The notes: generated by a model not told the origin, from the letters alone. A stretch of 64,000 nucleotides of DNA from an uncultured archaeon (GCA_964388035.1 CAYLZE010000006.1:48576-112575), one strand, 5' to 3'. Shown: positions 20,351 to 31,123, counted from the first letter of the stretch. Numbers and translations: made by a program.

Positions 20351-21898
20351 ATGATACGATTAATTGTTTTAGTGAAAAAAAACCTATTAAGATTCATTCG
20401 GAACCCTAAAACCTTGGGACTTTTAATACTTATTCCGGTGGTGTATTATGCAATGATTGGTGCCATATTTGGAGGCATCAACTTTGAAGACACGACGACT
20501 ACATATTATGTAGGATGGATCGATCACGATAATACCACCGCCAATTACAAATATCACCCCAATTTTAAATTGGACTTCATTAATAATTTTATCACCACGA
20601 ATGTTTCCGGTATTAATCTTGTTAATTATACCACCCAAGAAGTCGCTAAAGCTGCATCCTTAAACGGTACGATTTCTGCTTATGTTTATTTTCCGCAAGG
20701 ATTCGAGAAAGATTTGGAACAACGGTCTTACCTGAGATTGGCATTTTGGGATAAGGATAATTCCAATTCTACCCTGGGATATTCAAAAGCAGGTTATTTA
20801 GCCAGTTTAGAATCCACCTTGACGTCGGAGATAAAATTCACAAATGTTTCGGGCAAAGGGAATAAAATCTATAATAATTTTGATGATTATCAATATGATG
20901 CCATGCTGGTAATTAACGATAATTTTCTCAAGGGGTTAGATAACAAATGGAACGTTAACATGAGCTATTTATACAGAAAAAATAATACTTCTGGTCAAAA
21001 TGCTTATGTAATGGGAAAGGTGATTAGTGCAACATACAACTATTTTTATTCTATCAATTACTTGCTAAGATCCAATTTTAGCTTCACGACTGACAGGGAA
21101 ATTGCAGATAGCACTCCTTTTGACCCCATCCAATACGAGATCTATTTCCTTCAAACTGTATCTCCCGCAGAAAAGGCGGCAATCAAAAACATTATAACCC
21201 AAGTAATAGACGGAATAATCAATGGTGACCCAATTCAAATACAATTAGAAGCGGAAGAAAAGAGCACCGTTGGCAGAAAGGTGAACAATATCACATACTC
21301 TGCCCCCGGTTATGTTTTGTATGGGCCCATGACGATCTTGACTTTTGCATTAGTCGTCTTAACGGATGAAAAAAAGCAAGGCATTTACAAACGATTATCA
21401 TCAACAGAAGTCAAGAATTGGGAAATAATCTCCTCCAGCATTATATCTAACATCACGTTGATATTCATGCAATTTGCAATTGGTGCCTTCATATTATACT
21501 TATTTGGCTGGAACCCGATTGTATATTCATTATTTGATGCCGTAGTTGGAATTATTTTAACCATGCTATTATTTTCCTTTTTGATTTTAGCTTTGGCATT
21601 CGCATTAGCTCCGGTGTTTAAAGATCCGGATACTGCAGGAGGAGGGGTGTGGATCATCCTCATTCCTTTATCGATGCTTTCAGGGATCTTCGTTCCCGTG
21701 GAATTATTTGGCGAACAAATGCAAGCCATTGCTTCTTGGTTGCCACCGAGATTTGCAGTGGTCGCACTACAAAATCTCCTATTAAATGGGCTTCCCTTAA
21801 ATAATCCAGAAACGCTCATAAATCTAGGATTACTTTTACTCTATTCAGCTGTAATTTTTATTATCGGGTTGAAACTCTTTAATAAATTCAAATCTTAA
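20351..21898 (+). CDS. ABC-2 type permease with a large extracellular domain
   Basis: N-terminal TM, large loop, C-terminal TMs with LSGIFVP and LPPRFAV. Confidence 0.9.
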   Translation: MIRLIVLVKKNLLRFIRNPKTLGLLILIPVVYYAMIGAIFGGINFEDTTTTYYVGWIDHDNTTANYKYHPNFKLDFINNFITTNVSGINLVNYTTQEVAKAASLNGTISAYVYFPQGFEKDLEQRSYLRLAFWDKDNSNSTLGYSKAGYLASLESTLTSEIKFTNVSGKGNKIYNNFDDYQYDAMLVINDNFLKGLDNKWNVNMSYLYRKNNTSGQNAYVMGKVISATYNYFYSINYLLRSNFSFTTDREIADSTPFDPIQYEIYFLQTVSPAEKAAIKNIITQVIDGIINGDPIQIQLEAEEKSTVGRKVNNITYSAPGYVLYGPMTILTFALVVLTDEKKQGIYKRLSSTEVKNWEIISSSIISNITLIFMQFAIGAFILYLFGWNPIVYSLFDAVVGIILTMLLFSFLILALAFALAPVFKDPDTAGGGVWIILIPLSMLSGIFVPVELFGEQMQAIASWLPPRFAVVALQNLLLNGLPLNNPETLINLGLLLLYSAVIFIIGLKLFNKFKS

Positions 21899-21960
21899 AT
21901 ATCATTTTTTTTGATCTTTTTTTCATAATTTTTAACTTAAAACGTTATTTTAATAAGAAT

Positions 21961-23004
21961 ATGGTAACAAGACCCACTTTTGGGAATAATTTATCAATTG
22001 ATAAATTAAATTCGCTTGATGATTATGCTGTATTTACCATGGAAGAACCATGGAAGATCATTAACGAAAAGATCAATACAATGCCAAGAATCCTCAATTT
22101 CAATCGAGAGATGTCTTTAGAGAATTTGAATAAAATTTACAAAGACTTAATCTCTAAAAGAATAAATGGATGCACTCTGATTGGATTAGGAGGAGGAACA
22201 GCATGCGATACCGCAAAATTCATGGCATGGAAGTTAAAAGAAGAAAAGATTTCATCTTGTCCTCTCATTTTAATTCCTTCTATCATCTCCGTGGATGCAT
22301 TTTTGTGTTCTTCCATTGCCGTGAGAATTGCTGATAAAGTGAAATATGTTGGAGAAAGTGCCCCAAAAGAGATATTAATAGATTATGATTTAATAAAAAG
22401 TGCTCCAAATTATCTTAACAGGGCGGGGGTTTCGGATACCATTTCCATTACTTCCGCATTAGGTGATTGGATCATTGCAAGAAATGAGATAAATGAAAAA
22501 TTTGATCAAGGTGTATTTACTAATGCTAAAAGAATTGTTGAAGACTTGATGAAAGCTAAAGAAGATATTCATGCTGTTTCGAACGATGGAATAAAAGCAT
22601 TAGTAGATGGATTTTATCGAGAAGTCGAATTAACCAAGAAATGGGGAAATGCGAGACCCGAAGAGGGAAGCGAACATTTTCTGGCTTATTGCTTGGAGTC
22701 GATTACTCATGAGCATTATATTCATGGAAATATTATTGGTTTAAACATATTGATTAGCTTAATCCTACAAGAGGAAAGAGCAGTTTTTCCTTTGGAGCTT
22801 ATTCAACAATTCTTTAAAGATATTGAATTATCAATCTCACCAGAAAAGCAGAATATTTCTTTGGATCAATTGGAAAACGCGTTGAAAATGATAAAGAGGT
22901 ATGTTGAATCCGAAGGATTATTTTATTCAATTTATAATTCCCCTCAATTAATCCTTAATGAAGATAAAATAAACATAATTTTAGATTTTGTTAAAAAATT
23001 ATGA
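21961..23004 (+). CDS. Glycerol-1-phosphate dehydrogenase-like / iron-containing alcohol dehydrogenase family
   Basis: GLGGGTACDTAK, PSIISVD, AGVSD, GSEH, HG motifs. Confidence 0.75.
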   Translation: MVTRPTFGNNLSIDKLNSLDDYAVFTMEEPWKIINEKINTMPRILNFNREMSLENLNKIYKDLISKRINGCTLIGLGGGTACDTAKFMAWKLKEEKISSCPLILIPSIISVDAFLCSSIAVRIADKVKYVGESAPKEILIDYDLIKSAPNYLNRAGVSDTISITSALGDWIIARNEINEKFDQGVFTNAKRIVEDLMKAKEDIHAVSNDGIKALVDGFYREVELTKKWGNARPEEGSEHFLAYCLESITHEHYIHGNIIGLNILISLILQEERAVFPLELIQQFFKDIELSISPEKQNISLDQLENALKMIKRYVESEGLFYSIYNSPQLILNEDKINIILDFVKKL

Positions 23005-23185
23005 GCAACACTGCTTTTTCACTAGCATTGTAGCAAGGTTCACGGACAATCAAGTAATTCTTTCTCGCAAGCTACTTTTCCATGTTTTATCATGTATTTA
23101 GAATGATAAAAAATTGGACTCCTTTATTGATTAATACCGTCCTAAATAATAAGAATAATAAAGAGCAAAATAGCTTGAAAGTATA

Positions 23186-23353
23186 ATGTTAAATTTCATG
23201 TTCCTTATTCTGAATGTACTATTACTCATTTTTCTAATCGCATTTTTTTCAAAATATGAGAATAAAAAATATCGTTTATTCATGATTATTTATGTGGTGT
23301 TCACTGCAATATTTGATATCTTTGCAGGAATTATCGTAATGGGCGGATTATAA
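23186..23353 (+). other. Small 55-aa two-TM ORF or decayed membrane-protein remnant
   Basis: ATG 23186 to TAA 23353 encodes MLNFMFLILNVLLLIFLIAFFSKYENKKYRLFMIIYVVFTAIFDIFAGIIVMGGL. Confidence 0.3.
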
Positions 23354-23548
23354 AGGATTAAATAAGCGTTGCACATGCACGATATTATTTTGATTCTTTT
23401 ATTAGTATTTTACTCTCCTTTGCAAATCAGGATTATAATAAAACTAGATCAAGAATCATGGAACTTGTCATTAATTCTACAACTGCTGGAAGGGTTACTA
23501 TATTAACTTTTAAAAGGGAAAACTAAAAAAAAGAAAAAATTAATAAAA

Positions 23549-25525
23549 TTAATCAGAAGCAAGATCTTCAAGAAATCCTGCATCAATTTTATTAAATTCT
23601 TCAGCATATGGGACGCCATACTTTTGACCGGTTTCGCCATACACGAACTTGACCAATAAATTAACTCTAATGGCGTTAGGAACGTCTTCTTCTAGTAATT
23701 CAATATATAAATGATTCGCCCGAGCTAAAAGCTTATTCTGGAAGAACCAATTTTTCATGACTTCTTTCTGTTGCGTGATGGCTTTTATCTTTTCATCTAC
23801 AAAATCAGTAATATCCACGTGAAAATTAGCAATTGTCGGATTTCGAGCAAAAAGATAGCGCTCTCCTACGGTATGAATTTCCAATCCTTCCTCAAGATGT
23901 TCGGGATAATATAAGGCAAAAGAACTTTGCCAACACGCTTCATTTACGGCCTGTGCCGTTACGATATGATCCATGTTCTCTTCATCTGTTCCGTTCAAAT
24001 CAAATGAAACGATTACGTCCGGTTTATATTTTCTTATTAAATAGATCAACTTGCCTCGTAATTCAAGATAATCAACTCCAGCAAGAACATCAGTCGGGTA
24101 ATCTAAATGAACGATTTCTCCGGCTCCAATTGATCGATATGCTTTTTCAACTTCCTTCCGATTCTTTTTTATTCCTTGCTCTTTGGTTAATCCGTAACAA
24201 TCGCCGTAATCGTCCGTTATTCGCACGCAGATTAATTTATTGCCCTCACTCGTAAGCTTTTTGAGGGTTCCTCCTGCCCAAATGGTAAGATCATCTGCGT
24301 GGGGACCAATTCCCATAATAGTTTTATAATAAAATATTTCTCGCACGGCATTACGAATCGTTTTGGCAATTTCTAATCCAACCGCTTCCGTTTCATGCCC
24401 AATGAACTTGCCGTTCTCTATATCATCAACCCACACTTGCGGTTTCAAGCGATATTGTTCAATGGGAATTAAATAACCAATGGAATCATTTGCATTGCAA
24501 ATGAATAGAATATCTTTTTCGGCGTTTTCCTTTAGCGTCTTGGTAAATAATCCGGGAAATGCCTCTCCCGGTAAATAAACAAGATGCAAATTCCCGATCC
24601 GAACTTTACTGACCGTGGTCTTGGCTGCTCCATTTATTAGTTCTCGTTCAAATATCCCCAAAGTAAATAATAGTAAAAAGTCAGAATTCTCTAATTTAGC
24701 TTCTATTCTACGGTGTCTAATTTCTATTGGTTCTATATCTAATTTATTAGCCGTGGGGAAAATTTTTTGTAATTCAGTAAAAACTTCCTTGGCAAAAAGT
24801 TCCATCTTCTCAAATCCTTGCTCACAATAGATGGGGGCTTGTCCACCGCAAATTCCCAATCCAAATAATGCTATCCCACCATATTCTTCTTCAAGTTTCG
24901 TGCATACTATTCCCGGATAATCACCGGATATGGCAAGATTCTCCCGAGTTGTTATTTCCGGTTGAGCACTAAAGGTCCATAGGCAAGAGACAAGTTCTTT
25001 TCCTGCCATGAACTTTAATAGATTTAAATCTCCCGTAACCACCTTTTCATCTCTATAATTCTCTACAAGACGTACTAAAGAGGATTTTGCACGAGACATC
25101 TCTACCTCCTTCATGTTTTCTTCCGCCTCGAGAATTGCATTGACAATCGTATCAATCAAAAAGAATTGATATTTCCAGTTGATGCCACTCTTGCCAATTA
25201 TACCACCCCAGAGCCCCATAGTATCCGGTCCACCATGCGTGTGAGTCGAGAAAATGTAAATTTGCCGCTCCGTGTAACCGTGGGCTCTCAATCTATCTCT
25301 CACTCTATCGATAAAGTCCGCTAATAATCCTATACATTCTACGGAAACTAATGCGATTTTAGTCTCATCATCAGAAAGTACCATTGCTCGCGCATGAATG
25401 GAATCGTGAACGGATTTGAATTTCGGAGCCATCATGGTTAAGTATCCCGCTACTTGTATATCTCCTACTTGGTTAAAGTTAGGAGTAATATCTTTTTTAG
25501 AAACTCCACATTTTAATATGGCCAT
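23549..25525 (-). CDS. Neutral/alkaline ceramidase-like domain fused to a PIG-L/LmbE deacetylase
   Basis: HDSIHARAMVL, STHTHGGPD, ISGDYPG, PGE in the N-part; GPHADD and NMDH in the C-part. Confidence 0.75.
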   Translation of the reverse strand: MAILKCGVSKKDITPNFNQVGDIQVAGYLTMMAPKFKSVHDSIHARAMVLSDDETKIALVSVECIGLLADFIDRVRDRLRAHGYTERQIYIFSTHTHGGPDTMGLWGGIIGKSGINWKYQFFLIDTIVNAILEAEENMKEVEMSRAKSSLVRLVENYRDEKVVTGDLNLLKFMAGKELVSCLWTFSAQPEITTRENLAISGDYPGIVCTKLEEEYGGIALFGLGICGGQAPIYCEQGFEKMELFAKEVFTELQKIFPTANKLDIEPIEIRHRRIEAKLENSDFLLLFTLGIFERELINGAAKTTVSKVRIGNLHLVYLPGEAFPGLFTKTLKENAEKDILFICNANDSIGYLIPIEQYRLKPQVWVDDIENGKFIGHETEAVGLEIAKTIRNAVREIFYYKTIMGIGPHADDLTIWAGGTLKKLTSEGNKLICVRITDDYGDCYGLTKEQGIKKNRKEVEKAYRSIGAGEIVHLDYPTDVLAGVDYLELRGKLIYLIRKYKPDVIVSFDLNGTDEENMDHIVTAQAVNEACWQSSFALYYPEHLEEGLEIHTVGERYLFARNPTIANFHVDITDFVDEKIKAITQQKEVMKNWFFQNKLLARANHLYIELLEEDVPNAIRVNLLVKFVYGETGQKYGVPYAEEFNKIDAGFLEDLASD

Positions 25526-25747
25526 GATTCCTTTTACTCCAATTTGTTGAATGTTAATTATAAATCAAATCAATATTATAATTAATTTAATTCATACCCT
25601 ATAATAAAGTATAGGTTCAACAATAATATATAATTCGAAAAATGAAATGTTGCTCCTGAATGAAAGGAAAATTATTTAAATCTTTAAAACGAAATTAATT
25701 ACACATCTGAATATATTTAGAATTATATTAGGAAGGTATTAAAAAAT

Positions 25748-27142
25748 ATGAATGAAGAGCAAAAAAAATATAATTATCCCCTATTTACGTATGTAAGCTA
25801 CGGATTGGCGGGTTTTGTAGATAACTTTTTCACGGCATCCTTCACTGTCCGTGTCATTGATTTTTATGAAAATGAGTTGCTTCTGGGTATCTTTTGGGTC
25901 GGTCTGGCCTTCGGAATCTATGGTTTCTGGAACATGGTCAATGATCCCATTCTAGGCTGGATCTCAGATAAAAAGTTCAAGTTTACGAAGCGTTTTGGTC
26001 GACGATATCCTTTTTTTCTCATTGGAGCCCTATCTTTTGTATGGGTGTATTTGTTTATTTTTACGGTGCCCTTCACGGACCAGATTGGCATGTTTATCTG
26101 GTTATTGGTGACCATTTGTGTCTTTGAGCTCCTTTATTCTCTTTTTATTGTGAATTATTTAGCGCTCTTTCCCGATAAATTCCGCAGCGCGCATGAAAGG
26201 ACCAGAACTGGGGCTCAAAATACCATGTGGGGAGTTGTCGGCATCGCAATGGGGGTTTTAATCCCTCCCTTGATCATTATCTATGGCGATCTTATTTCCT
26301 ATATTGTAGCCGCATTAGTTGTATCAATTATAGGTTTTGGTGTAGCTCTGACTTCAATACCTGGAATGAAAGAAGACAGGGAATTGATTGATAGACAACT
26401 AAAAATTGTAGAAGAACAAAAAGAAAAAGCCTCCTTTATTTCAACTCTCCAATATGGATTAAAGAGTAGGAATTACGTGGCGTATATTTTGATTAGCTTG
26501 GGACATGGAGTCTTGACTGTAATGATGCTCTCTTCTCTTCCCTATTGGAATAAATATATTATCGGTTCTGACGATCCCCAGCTGGAAACAGTGCTTGCTG
26601 CAGGATTTCTCGTGGCGGTTCTTGCTTCGATACCGGTATGGACCTATATAGGACGTAAATTGGGAAATAAAAAAGCAATCACCTGTGGAACCTTAATCAC
26701 TACGATATTATTCGTGTTATTATTTTTTACTAGTAGTTTGATAGGAAGCACGATTTTCATTGCTTTAATTGGAGTTGGCATCGGTTGCTTTTGGGTCCTC
26801 ATGTATCCAAGCATGTCAGACGTCTATGATGAACTCATCCTAAAAACGGGAAAGAGAGAAGAAGGAGTATTAACTGGGATCACAATCTTCTTTTTAAGAT
26901 TATCTATTATAATTCAAGCCGTTTCATTTGCCGTGATCCATCCTCTTACCGGTTATGTTGCTGGACTTCCTCCTGGACCAACTTCTCAGACACCTCTTGC
27001 ACAGTTTGGAATTCGTTTTCTCATGGCAGGCATTCCCATGATTTTCTATTTTATTGCATTTCTCTCAATATGGAGGATATATAATTTAAATAAAGACCGC
27101 GTGCGAGAAAACACAAATTTACTAAAACAAAGGCATCTATGA
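25748..27142 (+). CDS. MFS transporter, GPH (glycoside-pentoside-hexuronide) family
   Basis: WNMVNDPILGWISD, FGRRYPF, TGKREEG; about 12 TMs. Confidence 0.9.
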   Translation: MNEEQKKYNYPLFTYVSYGLAGFVDNFFTASFTVRVIDFYENELLLGIFWVGLAFGIYGFWNMVNDPILGWISDKKFKFTKRFGRRYPFFLIGALSFVWVYLFIFTVPFTDQIGMFIWLLVTICVFELLYSLFIVNYLALFPDKFRSAHERTRTGAQNTMWGVVGIAMGVLIPPLIIIYGDLISYIVAALVVSIIGFGVALTSIPGMKEDRELIDRQLKIVEEQKEKASFISTLQYGLKSRNYVAYILISLGHGVLTVMMLSSLPYWNKYIIGSDDPQLETVLAAGFLVAVLASIPVWTYIGRKLGNKKAITCGTLITTILFVLLFFTSSLIGSTIFIALIGVGIGCFWVLMYPSMSDVYDELILKTGKREEGVLTGITIFFLRLSIIIQAVSFAVIHPLTGYVAGLPPGPTSQTPLAQFGIRFLMAGIPMIFYFIAFLSIWRIYNLNKDRVRENTNLLKQRHL

Positions 27143-27495
27143 ACCAATTTTACTTCTTTTTTTTTAACTATTGGAAAAAAGTTAGATTTAATTGCTTTAT
27201 TTTTTCTTCAAGAAAAATATAGTTAAAATCTTCCTTTAGGTTGACAACTTTCTTTGTATAGTTCTTTTTATTGAATTTGTAACAAAAATGGATTTTAAAC
27301 CGATTAATTAATATCATGTTTAATTCTTTTTGCCTTAAACATGTAGAATATTATTTTTTAATGCTTTTTGACCATGAATTCCTTGCATTCATTACTTGCC
27401 CAAGACAATAGGAATAGCGGGGGTATCAAATAATTAACCAGCATTCCCTACAAGTTAAAAAGCTCCTATCAAAGATCAAAATTTTGAGAATTTTC

Positions 27496-28062
27496 TCATT
27501 CACTTAAATCTTTGCCGCTTTGATAGGAAATATCGAATACTTTATTCTGTAAATCTACATCGGCAAAAGCACTTTTTATGGTTGTCACTAAATCCGTTCT
27601 AAATTCTTCAAACCCCAACCCCTTAACAGCAGAAATTTCAAAATAATTCATTTTATAGTCCGAAGCTATTTTTATTGCCTCCTCCTTATTTACAACACGT
27701 GGTGTATCATCAATCTTATTTCCTATTAAATAGGTCTTTATTAGATTATCCTGCTTTATCAACGGAATCCATTCCTCAATGTTCAAAAAAGAAGGGAATC
27801 TTAAAACAGAAAATACCAAAATTACAACATGAGCGCTCTCGAAAAAGCATTCTTGGAAAGTTCTGAATTGGTCTTGCCCCCCAAGATCCCAGAGCTGTAT
27901 TCTTATCAAGTCTTCGGCAATTTCAAGGTGATGAAAATCTATTCCGGGGGTCATTTTTCGATCTTCATTTAGTTTTAACGTGCCAGCGAGCGCTTGAGCG
28001 ATGGTAGTTTTCCCGACACCTCCCAATCCACAGAGGACAATTTTGCAGTTCTTATATGGCAT
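27496..28062 (-). CDS. Rab/Ras-like small GTPase
   Basis: G1 GLGGVGKTT, G2 TPGIDF, G3 WDLGGQ, G4 NKID, G5 EISA. Confidence 0.9.
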   Translation of the reverse strand: MPYKNCKIVLCGLGGVGKTTIAQALAGTLKLNEDRKMTPGIDFHHLEIAEDLIRIQLWDLGGQDQFRTFQECFFESAHVVILVFSVLRFPSFLNIEEWIPLIKQDNLIKTYLIGNKIDDTPRVVNKEEAIKIASDYKMNYFEISAVKGLGFEEFRTDLVTTIKSAFADVDLQNKVFDISYQSGKDLSE

Positions 28063-28804
28063 GGTTCTAATCCATCTTTCTATATCTTTTAAATGAAAAA
28101 TTGAGAAATATACCAGTACTCCCTTCCAATTTGTTAGAAAGGGTATTCTGATGTTTATTACTACATTTTAATTTCCCTAATATATTTCACGAAAGGTTTC
28201 TTTCACGAACTATAATTAAAAATTCCTTAATTTAAATTGAAACATAGAAATATTTAAAAATTTATGATTTTAAGGAGTAAAAAAAAAGTACGTTATACAA
28301 AGACGTCAAAAAATAACATGTCGTATAAATTAAGGGACGCAAAACATGCGACAAAATTTCATCATTAGAAGAGTGCTTTTATAAGTTAAAACTTAGATCA
28401 ATTATTCTATTAAGAACTTATACTTCCATTTTCTCGATGCTCTAAAATAAGTTACTATAAATACTAACTGCATTAGCGCATCATTTTAATTCATCTTGCG
28501 ATGATTTAACTAAGCCCTTTTAAATTTCGCTGAAAATAATGGTTTCTTTTCTAATAGATGGCATTCCAAAAGCATTTTACTATTTTTTTGGGAATAGAAC
28601 CCAAATATTTGAGCTGTTTTTATATTTACTTTTTAATATTTGATTATACTTCTTAATATTTAATATAGAATATAGAGAGTATTTTGAAAAGATCGGAAAA
28701 ATTGATCCCATTCATATAGGAAAGAATTAAATTTTTTTAAAGGGTTAAGTCTTATTGCTTTACTTTAATGTAATATTCAAAAAATAATTTCTATCAAAAT
28801 CATC

Positions 28805-29326
28805 ATGCTAGAACAACAGATTAAAACGAAAACATGTAAAATACTATTGGGTGGAGATGGGTTTGTCGGGAAAACTACCATGTGTAAGAGATTAGAAGGA
28901 AATTTAAATTCAAGAAAACCAACTCATTTTACATGCGGGATTGATTTACATCACATGAAAGTCTTGAACGAAGGATTAACATGCGCGACGCTCTATGACC
29001 TGGGAGGGCAAGAGCGCTTTCGGATCTTTCAAAAAACATTTTTTACAAATGCAGAGATCATTATTTTGGTTTTTTCTTTCGATCTTTATATTTCCTTTTC
29101 AAATCTCGATGAATGGCTCTCATTTATTAGCAATTCTAATTCAAAAGAGATTTTCCTTGTAGGAAATAAATTAGATGTTTCAGAGAAATGTATTGAAACA
29201 CGAGTGGCGCAAAAATTTGCAGAGGATCATGGCATGAGATACTTTGAAACCTCTGCTCTAAAAGGCACTAATTTTGAGAGCTTTCGGAAAGCTCTTATTC
29301 AAACAATCATCAAGATTACCGAATAA
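28805..29326 (+). CDS. Rab/Ras-like small GTPase
   Basis: G1 GDGFVGKTT, G2 TCGID, G3 YDLGGQERF, G4 NKLD, G5 ETSA. Confidence 0.9.
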   Translation: MLEQQIKTKTCKILLGGDGFVGKTTMCKRLEGNLNSRKPTHFTCGIDLHHMKVLNEGLTCATLYDLGGQERFRIFQKTFFTNAEIIILVFSFDLYISFSNLDEWLSFISNSNSKEIFLVGNKLDVSEKCIETRVAQKFAEDHGMRYFETSALKGTNFESFRKALIQTIIKITE

Positions 29327-29583
29327 AAATATGAATGCATTAATCTTGCTCCTTCTAGTTTCCTACTTACGAATATCAGAAAATGTACTCCTTTTTGAAT
29401 GAAGCGAACGAATGATTAGAAATTTGTCAATTGGTGAGTGATTTTATGAATTATAAATAAACTTAATAATACTAATACAGAATATATCATCCCAGTTTTC
29501 TCTTTCCTCCCAAAATGGACTAAGAAAAATTTGATGTGAATTGTATCTCTAAATTGGAAAAGAACGAAAAAATAAAAAAATAC

Positions 29584-29895
29584 TTAAGCGCTTCTCTTCT
29601 TTTTTTTGATGTAAACTATTAAATATAGCACGGATATCATTATAACAAGTGTCAAAACCACTCCGAGAATTCCGGCAACATACTCGCTTTGAATCCAACC
29701 TAAAATGGGTTTCCACGGGGAGCTCAACCCTTCCAGCCAAGATTCACCTTTTGAATCAATTACCACTCTCTCCAATCCATCCGGCTCTGAGGAAATGAGT
29801 CCAAGAGGCAAGCCAATGGCAATCATTAACGTTAATACCACAATTGTAACAATAAGCGTGATGATGGGCCACTTATATCTGTTCAATGCACTCAT
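29584..29895 (-). CDS. nikN: PDGLE-domain protein (NikN-type ECF component)
   Basis: SSEPDGLERV motif between two TMs; follows cbiM/nikM. Confidence 0.85.
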   Translation of the reverse strand: MSALNRYKWPIITLIVTIVVLTLMIAIGLPLGLISSEPDGLERVVIDSKGESWLEGLSSPWKPILGWIQSEYVAGILGVVLTLVIMISVLYLIVYIKKKKRSA

Positions 29896-29898
29896 TTA

Positions 29899-30618
29899 TC
29901 ATACCACTCCTACTTGTTTTTCAGTCTTTATTATTTCTGGCTTCACTGGCTTTACTCCCAATTGTTTTTCAGTCATTATCAAATCTGGTTTCGCCTTATA
30001 AATATAAAAGATTATAAGACCGGTAATGATTGCTTCTCCAATTCCAATTAGCATGTGCCAATATACCATGCTTGGAACAGCTACATTCATTGGAATGATG
30101 CCACCTAATCCAATCTCAACCCCACAAGCGAAAGCGGCAAGAACGATAGCAATATAAGATCCGATGGCACTAGCTAGAGTAACCTTTAATGGCTTGCTTA
30201 ATTTCGTCTTATTTAGTCCAACGATAATCAGTTTCACGATATAAAATCCTAAAATCCCACAAATGATCCCCATATTGAAAGTATTCGCCCCTAAGGCAGT
30301 TATACCTCCATCGCCGAATAAACTCTGCACGACTAATACTAAAAATAGGACTATAACGGCTGCCCAGGGTCCTAAAATGATGGCTACCATGGTACCCCCT
30401 ATCAAATGCCCCGAAGTTCCTCCCGGAACGGGATAATTAACAAATTGGAAAGCAAAAACAACTGCAGCTAGTACTCCAATATATGGAACCATTTTTTCGG
30501 AATCTTCTTTTTCAAACATCTTGCCGACTTTATAAAATCCCATTACAAGGACACTTATTGACACGATCCATAATACGATAAGTGTAGCGGGATCTAAAAG
30601 ACCATCTGGTATGTGCGT
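29899..30618 (-). CDS. cbiM: Ni/Co ECF transporter S component CbiM/NikM (239 aa, ACG start)
   Basis: Upstream extension gives (M)HIPDGLLD; GGTSGHLIGG and GDGGITALGAN motifs; ACG lies 6 nt after GGTGA with an in-frame TGA three codons upstream. Confidence 0.92.
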   Translation of the reverse strand, partial: THIPDGLLDPATLIVLWIVSISVLVMGFYKVGKMFEKEDSEKMVPYIGVLAAVVFAFQFVNYPVPGGTSGHLIGGTMVAIILGPWAAVIVLFLVLVVQSLFGDGGITALGANTFNMGIICGILGFYIVKLIIVGLNKTKLSKPLKVTLASAIGSYIAIVLAAFACGVEIGLGGIIPMNVAVPSMVYWHMLIGIGEAIITGLIIFYIYKAKPDLIMTEKQLGVKPVKPEIIKTEKQVGVV

Positions 30619-30668
30619 TTTATATCACCTTCACTACTTTTTAGTTTATTTATCTAAGTTCCCTAATA

Positions 30669-30751
30669 GTAATACTATTTTATTATTTAGTATTAAAAAA
30701 TATAAATTATAAATCTTTAAAGAATATTACTATTTTATAAAATAGTATGAA
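30669..30751. promoter_or_regulatory. Two NikR-type inverted repeats flanking the cbiM/nikM TATA box
   Basis: GTAATAC-N14-GTATTAA (30669-30696) and ATATTAC-N14-GTATGAA (30724-30751, containing the perfect palindrome TACTATTTTATAAAATAGTA); TTTATAA on the minus strand at 30707-30713. Confidence 0.6.
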
Positions 30752-31123
30752 ACCTAAGGTTAATCTTCTATTTAGTGATTATTTTAAAGAAAAAAGCCCA
30801 TTTTATAATTAAAGATAATTAATAACACTATATATTAAATAGGATGAAAAAGTTGGATTTAAAAATGTTATTTTCTCATGCTCCATCTCTCAATTTTAAA
30901 ATCACCAACTTTCTGAATTAAAGATTCGTTATTAAAAATAAAAAGTGAGTTGAAGATTATCGAGAGAATTGAAAAAATTAAGAGTAGGGGTTATTTTTAT
31001 TTTATAATAAATCATTTTTATATACTCCATGGTTTTTCATTCTTTGAAGTGTTCGGTGCAAAACAAACGTGACTATTATACATTTACTTCAATTTTTCAA
31101 ATAGAATTAAAATTATCGTAATA

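Noticed and set aside
23040-23530. Hydrophobic ORF fragments between the dehydrogenase and the ceramidase fusion
   Set aside because: No family recognisable; kept only as a low-confidence feature
28285-28360. Short GACG/CATG-containing repeats between the two GTPases
   Set aside because: Too degenerate to define an operator
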